Of a DNA stretch of 64,000 bases, positions 45,188-55,607 are shown piece after piece. This DNA is from Patescibacteria group bacterium. GTDB taxonomy: Bacteria; Patescibacteriota; Minisyncoccia; Phycocordibacterales; PALSA-1337. A program made the translations under genes and the position numbers. Each line of letters begins with the position of its first letter. Position 1 is the stretch's first letter. Location of the stretch: contig JBBTYL010000003.1 in NCBI GenBank assembly GCA_038061795.1, forward strand, positions 192,041 through 256,040, written 5' to 3'. The notes beneath the pieces are model-generated. The model ran no database searches, was not told the DNA's origin, and worked only from the letters and a program-made list of their open reading frames with translations.

Positions 45188-46539
45188 ACTTTTAATTTAT
45201 TAATAAATGGCATAATACTCTGATAGACATCTTCTGGTTTAATTACGTATTCATTGTAGGCCTGATCTAATTCTGAAAAAAGATAGAAGTTGCATTGATT
45301 GAAAGAACTAGTCGGTAATAAAAATAAATTATCAATCGGATCTTTTTTATCAAGAGTAATACTTACAGCAAAAACCTTATCAAAGTTTCTTGTCTCTTCA
45401 TCAATAGCGAATAGGGTGTATTTTTTCAATGGATCTCCTTCATAAGAATTTACACAATAAGCAAGTGGAATCTTCTTAATTTTTGTTTCAGCTTGATCGT
45501 CACTAAACCCTTCCTTAAGGAGCAATTCTTTGACTTCTTTCTCAATGAATTTTTGTGCCTTGCGAACCATCGTCACGCCTTTCTTCCATCTAGAAGGCAT
45601 ACTCCAGAAAAGTCTCTTCTGTGCTTTCCAGTAATCATCTGTGCTAACTATAGATTGAAATGCCTCTGGAGCAACAACCCACTCGTTTCGAGGATTTTTG
45701 ACTTTTCTTTGTTTTAATTTACCTGAAGTTTTATTATAAACTCTAGTACCTGTATAGACTTCATTACTTAATATTCGGTTAATGCTTCCCGTGTTCCATT
45801 TTTTGCCATTTGCTGAAGGTACACCTTTTTCGTTTAAAGTCTCGGCGATATCTTCTGATGTTTTCCATTTATTAATAAATAAATCAAATATCTCTTTAAC
45901 GATACTGGTTGTTTCGTCATTTAGGGGTGTAAATGTAACGCGCTGATTGGAAATTAATTTATGCTGACCTTTTTTTAAAATACTAACCGGTTTTCTATTT
46001 TCATCAAGCAGTAATCTAGCCATGCCATATGGAGCTGTTCCTCCAGCAGAAAATCCATCCCTAGATATCTTCATCGAACCATGCCAGACTTTTTCACTTA
46101 GAACTCTAGAGTACTCCGCTGCCATAAAGCGATCAATTGAATCAATTAGACTTGTTGTGAGCTGCTGACCTTCTTGAGGGAAACCACGAAACACATTTAC
46201 CAGTGTCTTACCGTGTTTTTTGCACATAAAGGCATAATGAGCACCCTCGTTCTGATCTTGGAAACGACCCCAGCGAGAAATATCGAAGAATAGAACGTAA
46301 TCAAATTTTGGTGCATCCAAGTTATATACCCAGTCATTGAATAATCTTTTAAATCCGGGTCTATTTGCAATCAATCCACTTACACCCTCATCGGATTCCT
46401 CGTGAATGATTTCTATATTATGTTTAGCTGCAAACTTTTCTGCGTGTTCACGTTGAATCTGTACCGAGTTTTCTTGCTTATCTTCAGCTGAGTGACGATA
46501 GTACGCAACAGCTTTTTTTGATGACTGTAGGAATTTCAT
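45184..46539 (-). CDS. large serine recombinase
   Basis: 451 aa. The N-terminal resolvase domain contains AVAYYRHSAEDKQENSVQIQ...DISRWGRF, followed by a recombinase domain. Confidence 0.85.
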   Translation of the reverse strand: MKFLQSSKKAVAYYRHSAEDKQENSVQIQREHAEKFAAKHNIEIIHEESDEGVSGLIANRPGFKRLFNDWVYNLDAPKFDYVLFFDISRWGRFQDQNEGAHYAFMCKKHGKTLVNVFRGFPQEGQQLTTSLIDSIDRFMAAEYSRVLSEKVWHGSMKISRDGFSAGGTAPYGMARLLLDENRKPVSILKKGQHKLISNQRVTFTPLNDETTSIVKEIFDLFINKWKTSEDIAETLNEKGVPSANGKKWNTGSINRILSNEVYTGTRVYNKTSGKLKQRKVKNPRNEWVVAPEAFQSIVSTDDYWKAQKRLFWSMPSRWKKGVTMVRKAQKFIEKEVKELLLKEGFSDDQAETKIKKIPLAYCVNSYEGDPLKKYTLFAIDEETRNFDKVFAVSITLDKKDPIDNLFLLPTSSFNQCNFYLFSELDQAYNEYVIKPEDVYQSIMPFINKLKV

Positions 46540-46542
46540 AGA

Positions 46543-47400
46543 TTAGAGTATCTTTTTAAGCTCTACTACTAATCCCTTTTCTTTATCATCAAATGGAATT
46601 CCATTTTTTCTTTTCTTTTTTATTTCCTCAATAAGTTGAAGTACGTGTAAAGAAAAACCTGATTGAATAGTATCTCGATCGAGTTCTGCTACTGTTGCAT
46701 CAGAATCAGAAAGAAATTTATAAATTTCTGCTTCATTAGCAGAAGCACGTGCAAATATTTTTTGTATCTTACGAAAATCTTTGGCGTTCTTAATAATTCG
46801 GTGCTTAACTTTTTCAAAAAGTATTTTGATGATGTCGGGCGTCTCAAAACTTTTTATCTTTCTTAATTTTGGCCATAATCTTACAAACTCCATACGATAT
46901 ACCTCTTTGAGATCGTATTTAACCATAAGCTCAAGATAATCCAATTTTTGTTCTCGAAGTTGAAGAGAGGAAGCAATCGTTGATCTTGATATGTTAATAA
47001 GCTTTGAAAGCTCTTCATTGCTCTTGAGACCCAACATTGTTTTTGCTCTATAGAGCGAGTTTGACTTTTCCATCGGCTTCCAGCCCTTACGATTGTTTTG
47101 CTTCTCATATCGACGAATTTCAAGCTCACCATCATCAAGATCAGGGTATATCTGGCACATAGCCTTCTCAACACCTAGTTCTTTTAAGCAAAGGTAACGA
47201 CGATGACCATCAATGATAAGGTAACGATTATCATCTTTCTGTGTAACCATAATTGGCTCTTGTAAGCCAAATTGCATTAGTGAACTCTTAAGTTTCTCTT
47301 GTTCAGAGGGGCTACCATATTCTTTTCTAGGTTGATTACTATCAAGCTCAATCTGGGAAATAGGCAATTCTTTGAATGCTGTTATATGTTTTCCTATCAT
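46543..47400 (-). CDS. ParB/Srx-fold N-terminal domain protein
   Basis: 285 aa. Contains SNQPRKEY...LQEPIMV...YLIIDGHRRYLCLKELG. Confidence 0.8.
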   Translation of the reverse strand: MIGKHITAFKELPISQIELDSNQPRKEYGSPSEQEKLKSSLMQFGLQEPIMVTQKDDNRYLIIDGHRRYLCLKELGVEKAMCQIYPDLDDGELEIRRYEKQNNRKGWKPMEKSNSLYRAKTMLGLKSNEELSKLINISRSTIASSLQLREQKLDYLELMVKYDLKEVYRMEFVRLWPKLRKIKSFETPDIIKILFEKVKHRIIKNAKDFRKIQKIFARASANEAEIYKFLSDSDATVAELDRDTIQSGFSLHVLQLIEEIKKKRKNGIPFDDKEKGLVVELKKIL

Positions 47401-47580
47401 AAAGGTATGTATTATGTATTAATAATTACGAGCCAGAATTGCCTGGAATAGCCAAAAATTACCCGTTCTGAACGAAATTATCATAGGACAATAAAAAAGT
47501 AAAGACGTCAGCCCCTTTATATATTATTCTTATGTATCTCGAGCGCTCGACTGCCTCTTGACACTCGAGCTAACTCGTGT

Positions 47581-47671
47581 TGGCGGAAACGGAGGGATTC
47601 GAACCCTCGGAGCCTTTAAAGGGCTCACATCTTTAGCAAAGATGCTCGTTAGACCACTCCGACACGTTTCC
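47581..47671 (-). tRNA. tRNA-Ser (anticodon GCU), CCA encoded
   Basis: The hand-folded cloverleaf has acceptor GGAAACG/CGTTTCC, anticodon stem CATCT/AGATG with loop TTGCTAA, a long variable arm GAGCC..GGCTC, and T-arm GAGGG-TTCGAAT-CCCTC, ending in GCCA. Confidence 0.9.
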
Positions 47672-47740
47672 AATATCCGTCATTCTTACATAATAAGGCA
47701 AAAAAACAAAATCTACACTATTGCAAAGAGCTAGCGTATA

Positions 47741-49927
47741 ATGCACTTCATGCATATCGATTCCGCTGTTTCTGACATAGCTCGGCTGGCACCTCCGCAA
47801 AAAATCGCTCTCAAAAAGCTCGGCATTTCGACTGCGCATGACCTTCTCTACCATTTCCCTGCACGCTATGGCGATACATCAGAAACAAGAAGCATTTCCT
47901 CGCTCGGCAAAGGCGATACGGCGGTCATTTTTGGAAAAATCAGCAAGCTCAAGACCAGCAAAGGCTTCAAGACAAAAATTGCCATGGCCGATGCCTGGAT
48001 CGAAGACGAAAGTGGAAAGATCCACTGTGTCTGGTTCAACCAGCCCTATCTCGCAAAGATGACTCCGGAAGATGCTCTCGTGCGAATTGAAGGAAAAATT
48101 TCAGAAAGAAAAACAACACAAGAATTATATTTCTCAAACCCAAAAATCGAGGTTGTGAATAAATTACCAACTGGAGTTGGAGATTCTCTGTTTGGTGATG
48201 ACGGAAAAGCCCACACCCTCTATCCCGTGTATCCCGAATCACGCGGAATCACTTCGAACTGGATTTATCATAAGATAATAGATATTTTTAGAAATGGCTT
48301 GCTTGATGCGCTTGTCGATCCGATTCCAAAAGAAATTCTCGAAAAATACAGCCTGCCATCGCTCAAGACTGCCCTGATCTGGATTCATACGCCCATGAAA
48401 CAGGAAGACGCGACGGCCGCACGGAAGCGTTTCGCATTCGAGGAAGTTTTTTTCATTCAACTCGAAAAGCAGATTGCACGAAAAGAATATGAGAAAAATC
48501 CCGCTTTCGTCATTGAGCCTGACGAAAAAAGCCAGCAAGAATTTATAAAAAGATTCCCTTTCCAAGCTACTGATGCGCAACAGAAATCAATAAAGACAAT
48601 CACAGAAGATTTTCAAAAAGGCTACGCCATGTCTCGCTTACTTGAAGGAGATGTGGGGTCAGGAAAAACAGCCGTGGCTGCTTCAACTGCATACGCAGTC
48701 GTGACGACAGCGCCCCAAGGGCGCAAATACGGCCATCTGCAGGTCGCCTATATGTGTCCCACGGAAATCCTCGCGACTCAGCATTTCGAATCGTTCATAC
48801 AGTATTTTGCATATCTCGGCATTCAGATAGGCCTTATCACTGGAAGCGGCTGCAGGAAATTCCCTTCCAAGCTCAATCCGAAAGGCTGGACGGATATTTC
48901 ACGAACTCAGCTTCTCAAATGGGTTGAGAACGGAGAAATTCCGATTCTCATCGGCACGCATGCGCTCATACAAAAAGCTGTTAAATTCAAAAATCTCGCA
49001 TACGTCATCATCGACGAGCAGCATCGCTTCGGCCTGAAGCAGCGCGCTTCGCTTGTGCGAAAAGACGCTGATGGACAAGCTCGCGCGCCACACCTTTTAT
49101 CAATGACTGCGACCCCGATTCCCCGCACCCTCGCCCTGACCATCTACGGCGATCTCGATCTTACGCTTCTCGATCAGATGCCTCATGGCCGCAAGCCGAT
49201 CATCACAGATATAGTCACGCCAGATCGACGCGAAGACGTATATGAAAATATCCGCGCCGAGCTCATATCAGGAAGACAGGCCTATGTCATCTGTCCCCGC
49301 ATCAATGAGCCTGATCCGGACAAAGAAGCGGCGATCAACGCAAAGTCTGTAAAGGAAGAATCAAAAAGGCTCAAGGAAAAAGTGTTTCCTGATTATGAGA
49401 TCGGGATCCTCCACAGCAAAATGAAACCGGCAGAAAAAGACAGAGTAATGCTCGACTTCAAGGCTGGAAAAATCCGCATCCTCTGCGCAACGTCCGTCGT
49501 CGAGGTCGGAGTGAATGTGCCTAACGCTACCGTTATCATCATCGAAGGAGCAGAGAGATTCGGTCTCGCCCAGCTCCATCAGCTTCGCGGACGGGTAATC
49601 CGCTCAAATCACCAAGCGTATTGCTATGTCTTTGCAGATACGAAATCAGATAAGACATTCGAACGCCTCACCGCTCTCAAGACGGCAAAGAACGGCTTCG
49701 AGCTTGCCGAATACGACCTTAAATTCCGCGGTTCCGGCGGGCTTTCGGAAGGACGGCAGTGGGGCGTTTCCGATATCGCCATGGAAGCCCTACAAAATCT
49801 CAAAATGGTTGAGGCTGCACGAACGGAAGCAAAAGCAATGATCGAGGCCGATATCAATCTACAAAAATACCCAGAAACAAAAAAGCACCTCAAGCACAGA
49901 AGCACTGAGGCGCTTCATTGGGAATAA
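47741..49927 (+). CDS. recG: ATP-dependent DNA helicase RecG
   Basis: 728 aa. Has an N-terminal wedge/OB region and helicase motifs GDVGSGKT, DEQHRFG, SMTATPIPRT and the TRG-like QLRGRV. Confidence 0.9.
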   Translation: MHFMHIDSAVSDIARLAPPQKIALKKLGISTAHDLLYHFPARYGDTSETRSISSLGKGDTAVIFGKISKLKTSKGFKTKIAMADAWIEDESGKIHCVWFNQPYLAKMTPEDALVRIEGKISERKTTQELYFSNPKIEVVNKLPTGVGDSLFGDDGKAHTLYPVYPESRGITSNWIYHKIIDIFRNGLLDALVDPIPKEILEKYSLPSLKTALIWIHTPMKQEDATAARKRFAFEEVFFIQLEKQIARKEYEKNPAFVIEPDEKSQQEFIKRFPFQATDAQQKSIKTITEDFQKGYAMSRLLEGDVGSGKTAVAASTAYAVVTTAPQGRKYGHLQVAYMCPTEILATQHFESFIQYFAYLGIQIGLITGSGCRKFPSKLNPKGWTDISRTQLLKWVENGEIPILIGTHALIQKAVKFKNLAYVIIDEQHRFGLKQRASLVRKDADGQARAPHLLSMTATPIPRTLALTIYGDLDLTLLDQMPHGRKPIITDIVTPDRREDVYENIRAELISGRQAYVICPRINEPDPDKEAAINAKSVKEESKRLKEKVFPDYEIGILHSKMKPAEKDRVMLDFKAGKIRILCATSVVEVGVNVPNATVIIIEGAERFGLAQLHQLRGRVIRSNHQAYCYVFADTKSDKTFERLTALKTAKNGFELAEYDLKFRGSGGLSEGRQWGVSDIAMEALQNLKMVEAARTEAKAMIEADINLQKYPETKKHLKHRSTEALHWE

Positions 49928-49940
49928 TTAGTTTTTTACT

Positions 49941-51437
49941 TTATCGCGGAGCAATGCAGGTAGGCGTGCTAAATTCAGACATATGACCACCAACTGACTT
50001 ACCTCTGATTGACCAACACCGATCAGAAGAACCCCAAATAGTATTTACACCAGCTGGACTAACAGTAAAAGGCGAAGCAAAATCATTTGCTGAGATAACG
50101 AAATCACAATTACTTCCGAAACATGCACGAATCTCATAACCAGTTATCCCTGTTTGACCTGGATAATTGCTAACTGAAGGCGACCAAGACAATCTAAGCC
50201 CCCCAGACGGGATAACATACTCGGATTGCAAGTTGCTTGGCACACTCACAGAATAAACTGGGGGTGGTCCTGGCGGCTCTGCGCAAAACTGATCGCTCAT
50301 ATCGGAATATATGACAACTCCGTTTCCAGGATCAGTCGCCTTCGACTTTACTGTAAAGCAGAATGTATCTTCCCAGAAATCAATCGAGTCGGTAACATTC
50401 CATACTGCATAGTCCATTGTCACAGTCTGAGGAGATGGAATTATCGCTGAAGGAGATCCATTCTTATATACTTCAAAACTTAGATTCGTAAGGCTTGGGT
50501 CAGCATTATGATTCCAAAAGAACTGGATGTTTGGATAATTTGAGACATCTGCATTCAAATTGCTAGGGGTATTCAATGTATAGAAGCTGCTTGGATAGCA
50601 CTGCTGTGCGCTTTCAGAAGAAATATTTCCAGCATTATCTTCAGCAGCGATTGAAAAACAAACTTGACCGCCAACGAAAGTATTTTCCCATGAGAACGAC
50701 GTTCCTGTCTCAACGTAAGGCGGTGGCTGTGTATCAAGTCCATATGTATAAATCAAATACTGCTTCAAACCTGACCCATCTTCATCATCCTCAGAAGGAT
50801 CCCATGAAAAATCAAGCATCGGAAAGCCTCCGGGACCATTGCTGTCAGAAGATATCGTGAAATTATTTGGGACATTAGGAGCAATATCATCCTCGTCATC
50901 ATCAATCTCGACGAAATCATCGTCGGTCGTGGAATTTCCTGTCTTCTTGATCGCTCTCTCGAGACTCGCGTAAATCTGATAGTCATCATCGCTGGTCGCA
51001 CTCGGAACGGCGGCTGGAGCTATATAGATATAGCCAAATCCACTGCCACATTCTGGACATGGATCCTCTGGAACATCATTATTCAGATATTGAGCAATTT
51101 CTGCCTTGAAAGCAGACCAACCATCATAACTTCCACCTCCAGTTATTTCTCCAGAAATGGCGACACAGTATCCGCCCTCGTTATCCCCCAGTTCTTCTGT
51201 GTATGAACAATCTTTTCCAGCCGATGCAAGAAGAGGTACTTTACCATCATTATCAGCCTTATAAAGAAGGATAGCCTTATCGATTTCAGAGATTTGCTGT
51301 ATGCGCTTCGAATCTCGCGCCTTTTCCTTCGCCTCAGAAACAGAGACAAGAACCATTCCGGAAAGGACACCGATGATAGAAAGAACAACTAAAAGCTCTA
51401 CGAGTGCGAAACCTTTTTCAATCTTATGGGATTTCAT
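49941..51437 (-). CDS. large pilin-like protein (prepilin N-terminus plus repeated beta-rich modules)
   Basis: KGFALVELLVVLSIIGVLSGMVL is a prepilin motif. An acidic linker DDDFVEIDDDEDD is followed by FN3-like repeats. The likely start is 51437; the track ORF runs to 51497. Confidence 0.7.
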   Translation of the reverse strand: MKSHKIEKGFALVELLVVLSIIGVLSGMVLVSVSEAKEKARDSKRIQQISEIDKAILLYKADNDGKVPLLASAGKDCSYTEELGDNEGGYCVAISGEITGGGSYDGWSAFKAEIAQYLNNDVPEDPCPECGSGFGYIYIAPAAVPSATSDDDYQIYASLERAIKKTGNSTTDDDFVEIDDDEDDIAPNVPNNFTISSDSNGPGGFPMLDFSWDPSEDDEDGSGLKQYLIYTYGLDTQPPPYVETGTSFSWENTFVGGQVCFSIAAEDNAGNISSESAQQCYPSSFYTLNTPSNLNADVSNYPNIQFFWNHNADPSLTNLSFEVYKNGSPSAIIPSPQTVTMDYAVWNVTDSIDFWEDTFCFTVKSKATDPGNGVVIYSDMSDQFCAEPPGPPPVYSVSVPSNLQSEYVIPSGGLRLSWSPSVSNYPGQTGITGYEIRACFGSNCDFVISANDFASPFTVSPAGVNTIWGSSDRCWSIRGKSVGGHMSEFSTPTCIAPR

Positions 51438-51493
51438 ATATTTAAGTATACTCCACTCTGAGATAAGTCGTATGGGGAAAAATAATACAGCAA

Positions 51494-51940
51494 TCAATTC
51501 CTTATATCATATACATTTGGTGCTATTCCATCGAATCCGCCAGTATAAAATCCAGAAGAATTGATATCTGAATCTGAATTCAATACCACACCACTGATAT
51601 TCTCCATCTGTGCGCCTATATGATAAGAGGTTGGTTGCAACGAAGGCCAGTACGCATAACAATAGTGAGGTCGGCATGCTCCGCCAGATGGAATGTCTTG
51701 TGCAATGCTCTTTATGTATGTCGGCACCAGGTCATTAGTAAGATTTGTTGGATAATACCCTGTACTATCTTTATATAATTCCATGGCAATCTTTATCTGT
51801 CGGATATCAGAAATCCTTTTGGCGTCCCTCCCCTTCGCTTTTGCGACACTCACCGACGCGAACACCACAGAACTCAATAAGCCAATAATCGAAATGACTA
51901 CGAGTAATTCTATTAGAGTAAATCCTTTTGTCCTGTTCAT
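51494..51940 (-). CDS. type IV pilin-like protein
   Basis: 148 aa. The N-terminus is MNRTKGFTLIELLVVISIIGLLSSVVF. Confidence 0.8.
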   Translation of the reverse strand: MNRTKGFTLIELLVVISIIGLLSSVVFASVSVAKAKGRDAKRISDIRQIKIAMELYKDSTGYYPTNLTNDLVPTYIKSIAQDIPSGGACRPHYCYAYWPSLQPTSYHIGAQMENISGVVLNSDSDINSSGFYTGGFDGIAPNVYDIRN

Positions 51941-51955
51941 GATGAATAAAGTATA

Positions 51956-53725
51956 CTATTGATTCACAGTTTTAGGAATAAACCTATACAGATATAGGTT
52001 CTCTCGGCTCAAGCCAATTTCTTCAAAACCTTCACACTCAAGCTTGGAACTGTATATGTAATCAATACTAAATTCATTGCTATATCCTATCTTTTCAGCG
52101 CATGTGCCAGCCATAAAATCAGAATATCTGACAAATCTGTTGGTTAAGGTGCTGGCCTTAGAATCTAGAGGATAATTGTGCGTGGCGGCCCCAATAACCA
52201 GTCCTTTCCAAGGCGGAGAAAGAAAAACCTTGCCTGAAATTCCGCCAAAAAGCTCCATATCATCTGGATGAAGCCACCTGGTGATTGGTGCTGAAGGAAC
52301 ATGCTTGTATGAATCTTCTTTCACAGTCTTTAAAAAAAGTTTAGACCACGAATTTGATCCTGGATAAAAAATTGCCGCGGAAACGATAGCAAAAATGCAT
52401 GAAATTTTAAATAAAATGCTTATGTTTCTATTATTTTTAAAATAGCCAATCGCACGTTCGATACCAAAACCAGCTGGAATCATGAGAAGAATAGCTGTCA
52501 GCGCGACAACTCTTGACTGGTCGATAATGATTACGCCAAGCGTGAACGAGTATAGAGTCCAAAAGAAAAGGCCGGTAAAAATCGGAGCAAGCAATGCGTA
52601 TGATTTCTTTTCGGCAAGCTCGAACAGGCCAAGCACTATAAAAGGGATTAGCGCTACGGGAACGATGATCCATATCGGCAATGAAATTATTCCTCCATCA
52701 AGATTTGGCCTAATGATCCAAGAATAAGCAAGAGAAAATGCCTTCGAGTACCCCACGACCAGCGACAACAGCCATATCAAAACCATGCTGGCAAAAGCTG
52801 CGAACAGCAGATAATATTTTGAAATCTTACCCGATATGATGTGGGCTAGAAGCGCTGGCAAGACGAATACGATGAACGGCGGATACAGAATCAGACAGAG
52901 GAATGTCAGGACCATTCCTATCCTGAATTCCTTCTTGCAGAATGAGATAACCATCAAAAGAAATACTGGCATAGCAAAAATATGCGGTGTAAAGAACCAA
53001 ATACCAGCAACATTTACACCGCTAACAACAAGTGGCACTGATAAAGCCGCTAATGCTGAGGAAAAACTACTAACTGCACAAACCCTCAAAAGAAGATACA
53101 CCAAAAACGAAATGAGCAAACCATTTATGATTGCAAAAATTGACCAGCTTATAAGAGGGCTTATATTCAGCAAAAGAGACAATTCCGATGCCAGCGAATG
53201 AAATGCAGCAAGACCATTCGCGAACGGGACATTTTTCCAAAGAGAATTGACGAGCGGCAATGATTTTTGACTAATAGAATAGTCAGCAAGCGACACCCCC
53301 ACCCATTCATCAGAATAATGTGGGTATGGATAAAAATCGCGCGAAACGGCATTAAGGCCTCCGATATCGCTGACTATGCCTTTATAGAAATAGTGCACGG
53401 ATGACAATTCATACCCGACTATGGCCAAAATAACCAAAACAAACCAGCTGAATTTTAAATTATCGAAGAATTTTTTATTGCGCAAAAAGAAAAATATGCA
53501 AACAAGGGCAATGATGCTGTGAATCCCCACGACAACAGCATATGAAAATATATGGAGTGCCTGAGTCAGAAGAGCTATCAGAATATGTGCAAAAAGCATT
53601 GATCCACTCATATAGAGGAACCCGCGAATTCTGTCCTCAAAATTAAATATTAAAAGAAGCGGGATCAAAAGAATCACAGCTCCTAAAATTGTCTGAATCA
53701 TAGTATCATCATAGCATGACCGCAA
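51956..53725 (-). CDS. polytopic membrane protein (possible glycan polymerase or GT-C-like)
   Basis: 589 aa in the track with about 12 or more hydrophobic helices. The likely ATG is at 53701; the track start is a TTG. The functional guess rests on glycan-cluster context only. Confidence 0.5.
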   Translation of the reverse strand: MRSCYDDTMIQTILGAVILLIPLLLIFNFEDRIRGFLYMSGSMLFAHILIALLTQALHIFSYAVVVGIHSIIALVCIFFFLRNKKFFDNLKFSWFVLVILAIVGYELSSVHYFYKGIVSDIGGLNAVSRDFYPYPHYSDEWVGVSLADYSISQKSLPLVNSLWKNVPFANGLAAFHSLASELSLLLNISPLISWSIFAIINGLLISFLVYLLLRVCAVSSFSSALAALSVPLVVSGVNVAGIWFFTPHIFAMPVFLLMVISFCKKEFRIGMVLTFLCLILYPPFIVFVLPALLAHIISGKISKYYLLFAAFASMVLIWLLSLVVGYSKAFSLAYSWIIRPNLDGGIISLPIWIIVPVALIPFIVLGLFELAEKKSYALLAPIFTGLFFWTLYSFTLGVIIIDQSRVVALTAILLMIPAGFGIERAIGYFKNNRNISILFKISCIFAIVSAAIFYPGSNSWSKLFLKTVKEDSYKHVPSAPITRWLHPDDMELFGGISGKVFLSPPWKGLVIGAATHNYPLDSKASTLTNRFVRYSDFMAGTCAEKIGYSNEFSIDYIYSSKLECEGFEEIGLSRENLYLYRFIPKTVNQ

Positions 53726-54855
53726 AACCAGAGATTAGCATCGTTATACCATGCCTAAACGAAGAACTGGCTATAGAGCAGTGTATTAGAGACGCTTGTG
53801 CTGCCTCAGAGTCGGCTGAAATAATCGTAGTTGATAATGGATCAACCGATCGAAGTGTCTCAATAATGCAAAATCTGCAGAAAGAAATCCCTGCTTTGGT
53901 GCTCGTACAACAGCCCTCAAGGGGTTACGGCAGCGCATATATTTCGGGATTATCTCAAGCAACCGGATCATACATCTATATGAGCGATGGGGACGGCACA
54001 TATGATTTTGCTCTTCTGCCCCAATTCATTTCAAAACTGAAAGATGGCTGCGATATCGTGATTGGAAATAGATTCGTTTCTCCTCTCCCCAAAAATGTCA
54101 TGCCATGGCATCACAGATATATCGGGAACCCTCTTTTATCTTTTATTACCAGAGCTTTTTTTAAGATTAAGGTGCGTGATGTGCATTGTGGAGCGAGAGC
54201 AATCACAAAATCAGCCTTCAACACCCTACCCCTCAACACCGCAGGAATGGAATTCGCATCAGAGATGATCATTAAGGCCGCTCGAAAAAACCTTTCTTTC
54301 GGAGAAATTCCAGTGCCGTATCGGCCACGCATCGGGACATCGAAACTTAACTCTTTCAGCGACGGCTGGAAACATCTGCGCTTCATTCTTCTCTACTCGC
54401 CACTTTATCTTTTCTTCCTGCCAGGAGCTGTGGCTTGTAGCATCGGTATTATTTCCATGATAGTCCTTTATTTCAGCAATCCAACAATCTTTGGTATTAC
54501 TTTGTTTTTCCATCCGATGTTCCTTTCCTCAGCCCTTGCAATCGTCGGCTATCAGCTTATACTTTTCTCCATGTTCTCGAAGATCTATGCTATCACCCAT
54601 CTCAGTGACCAGAGCACAACCTTCGAAAGGCTTTTTAAGATATTTACAATTGAGAAGGCGGCGATTGCTGGGGTTATCCTTTCTCTGCTTGGCGCGCTTG
54701 TATTCCTCGCGATAGCATTAAGGTGGATTTCATCAGGGTTTGGTGCACTCAATGAGGTAAAAAATTCTATTGTAGCACTGACGCTTCTCGTCATTGGGAT
54801 GCAAACGCTATTCTCGGGATTCATGTTAAGTACACTTGGAATAAAAGAATCATGA
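53716..54855 (+). CDS. GT2 glycosyltransferase with a C-terminal membrane domain
   Basis: 379 aa. Contains ISIVIPCLNEE..VDNGSTDRS..MSDGDGTYD (DxD) and about 4 C-terminal TM helices. Confidence 0.8.
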   Translation: MTAKPEISIVIPCLNEELAIEQCIRDACAASESAEIIVVDNGSTDRSVSIMQNLQKEIPALVLVQQPSRGYGSAYISGLSQATGSYIYMSDGDGTYDFALLPQFISKLKDGCDIVIGNRFVSPLPKNVMPWHHRYIGNPLLSFITRAFFKIKVRDVHCGARAITKSAFNTLPLNTAGMEFASEMIIKAARKNLSFGEIPVPYRPRIGTSKLNSFSDGWKHLRFILLYSPLYLFFLPGAVACSIGIISMIVLYFSNPTIFGITLFFHPMFLSSALAIVGYQLILFSMFSKIYAITHLSDQSTTFERLFKIFTIEKAAIAGVILSLLGALVFLAIALRWISSGFGALNEVKNSIVALTLLVIGMQTLFSGFMLSTLGIKES

Positions 54856-55607
54856 AAAAGGAAAATAATAAAAACATACTAATGAATTCAGCAGAATGGG
54901 AAGATTTTGCGCAAATTGACCCCTACTGGTCAATTCTTACTGAGCGATCAAAAAAATTTGGCAAATGGGATATCAATGAATTTTTTGCTACAGGTGAAAA
55001 GGATGTAAAGAAATTTATCGAAAAAATAGAGCGCTACCAATATGATCTAAAAAGGAAAACCATGCTCGATTTTGGGTGTGGTGTTGGCAGAATAACACAG
55101 GCTATGGCAGAATATTTTGATACATGCTACGGACTAGATATTTCGCCAACCATGATTTCGATCGCACAATCGGTCAGTCAAAAGAAAAATTGTAAATATG
55201 TTCTAGGTCAAGAAGTTGATATAAAACAATTTGAAAATGATTATTTTGATCTAATCTACTCACGTCTTGTACTCCAACACATTCCTGAAAAAGAAAATAT
55301 TACTGGCTATATAGTGGAATTTATGCGCATACTAAAACCTTCAGGTATACTTGTTTTTCAATTGCCGTCATCAGTTCCATATAGATTGCGTCGCAAATTC
55401 TATTACCTGCTCTATCCTTTATTTAAAATGATTATTCCATTGAAACTCTTGCACCGATTGAATCTAGTGCGAATGCGAATGACTTCTTATCCTGAAAGTG
55501 AAGTTATCGACCTTATCAAAAAGCAGCGGGGGAAAATATTGTTAATTGAGAAAGACGCTGACGCGGGAACGGAATCAGAAAGTCGAACGTATTACATAAC
55601 GAAATGA
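54852..55607 (+). CDS. class I SAM-dependent methyltransferase
   Basis: 251 aa. Motif I is MLDFGCGVGRIT, followed by LIYSRLVLQHI. Confidence 0.75.
   Translation: MKKENNKNILMNSAEWEDFAQIDPYWSILTERSKKFGKWDINEFFATGEKDVKKFIEKIERYQYDLKRKTMLDFGCGVGRITQAMAEYFDTCYGLDISPTMISIAQSVSQKKNCKYVLGQEVDIKQFENDYFDLIYSRLVLQHIPEKENITGYIVEFMRILKPSGILVFQLPSSVPYRLRRKFYYLLYPLFKMIIPLKLLHRLNLVRMRMTSYPESEVIDLIKKQRGKILLIEKDADAGTESESRTYYITK

Larger units (their letters stand above)
26049..47580. mobile_element. putative integrated element(s) at the 3' end of tRNA-Ser, possibly two tandem insertions
   Basis: A tRNA lies at one end with recombinases next to it. Fragments of the tRNA 3' end and flank recur at 27326-27377 and 26037-26048. 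The cargo includes phage/plasmid-type genes (terS/terL, ParB-MTase, ParB) and the DGR. Confidence 0.5.

Noticed and set aside
47538-47580. The CTCGA...TCGAG hairpin region downstream of tRNA-Ser as merely the tRNA terminator.
   Set aside because: This explanation is not fully rejected. It may well terminate the tRNA transcript. However, its recurrence with about 80% identity at 27326-27370 beside repeat X argues that it is also part of a duplicated attachment or flank sequence. I therefore reported it under the island boundary finding.
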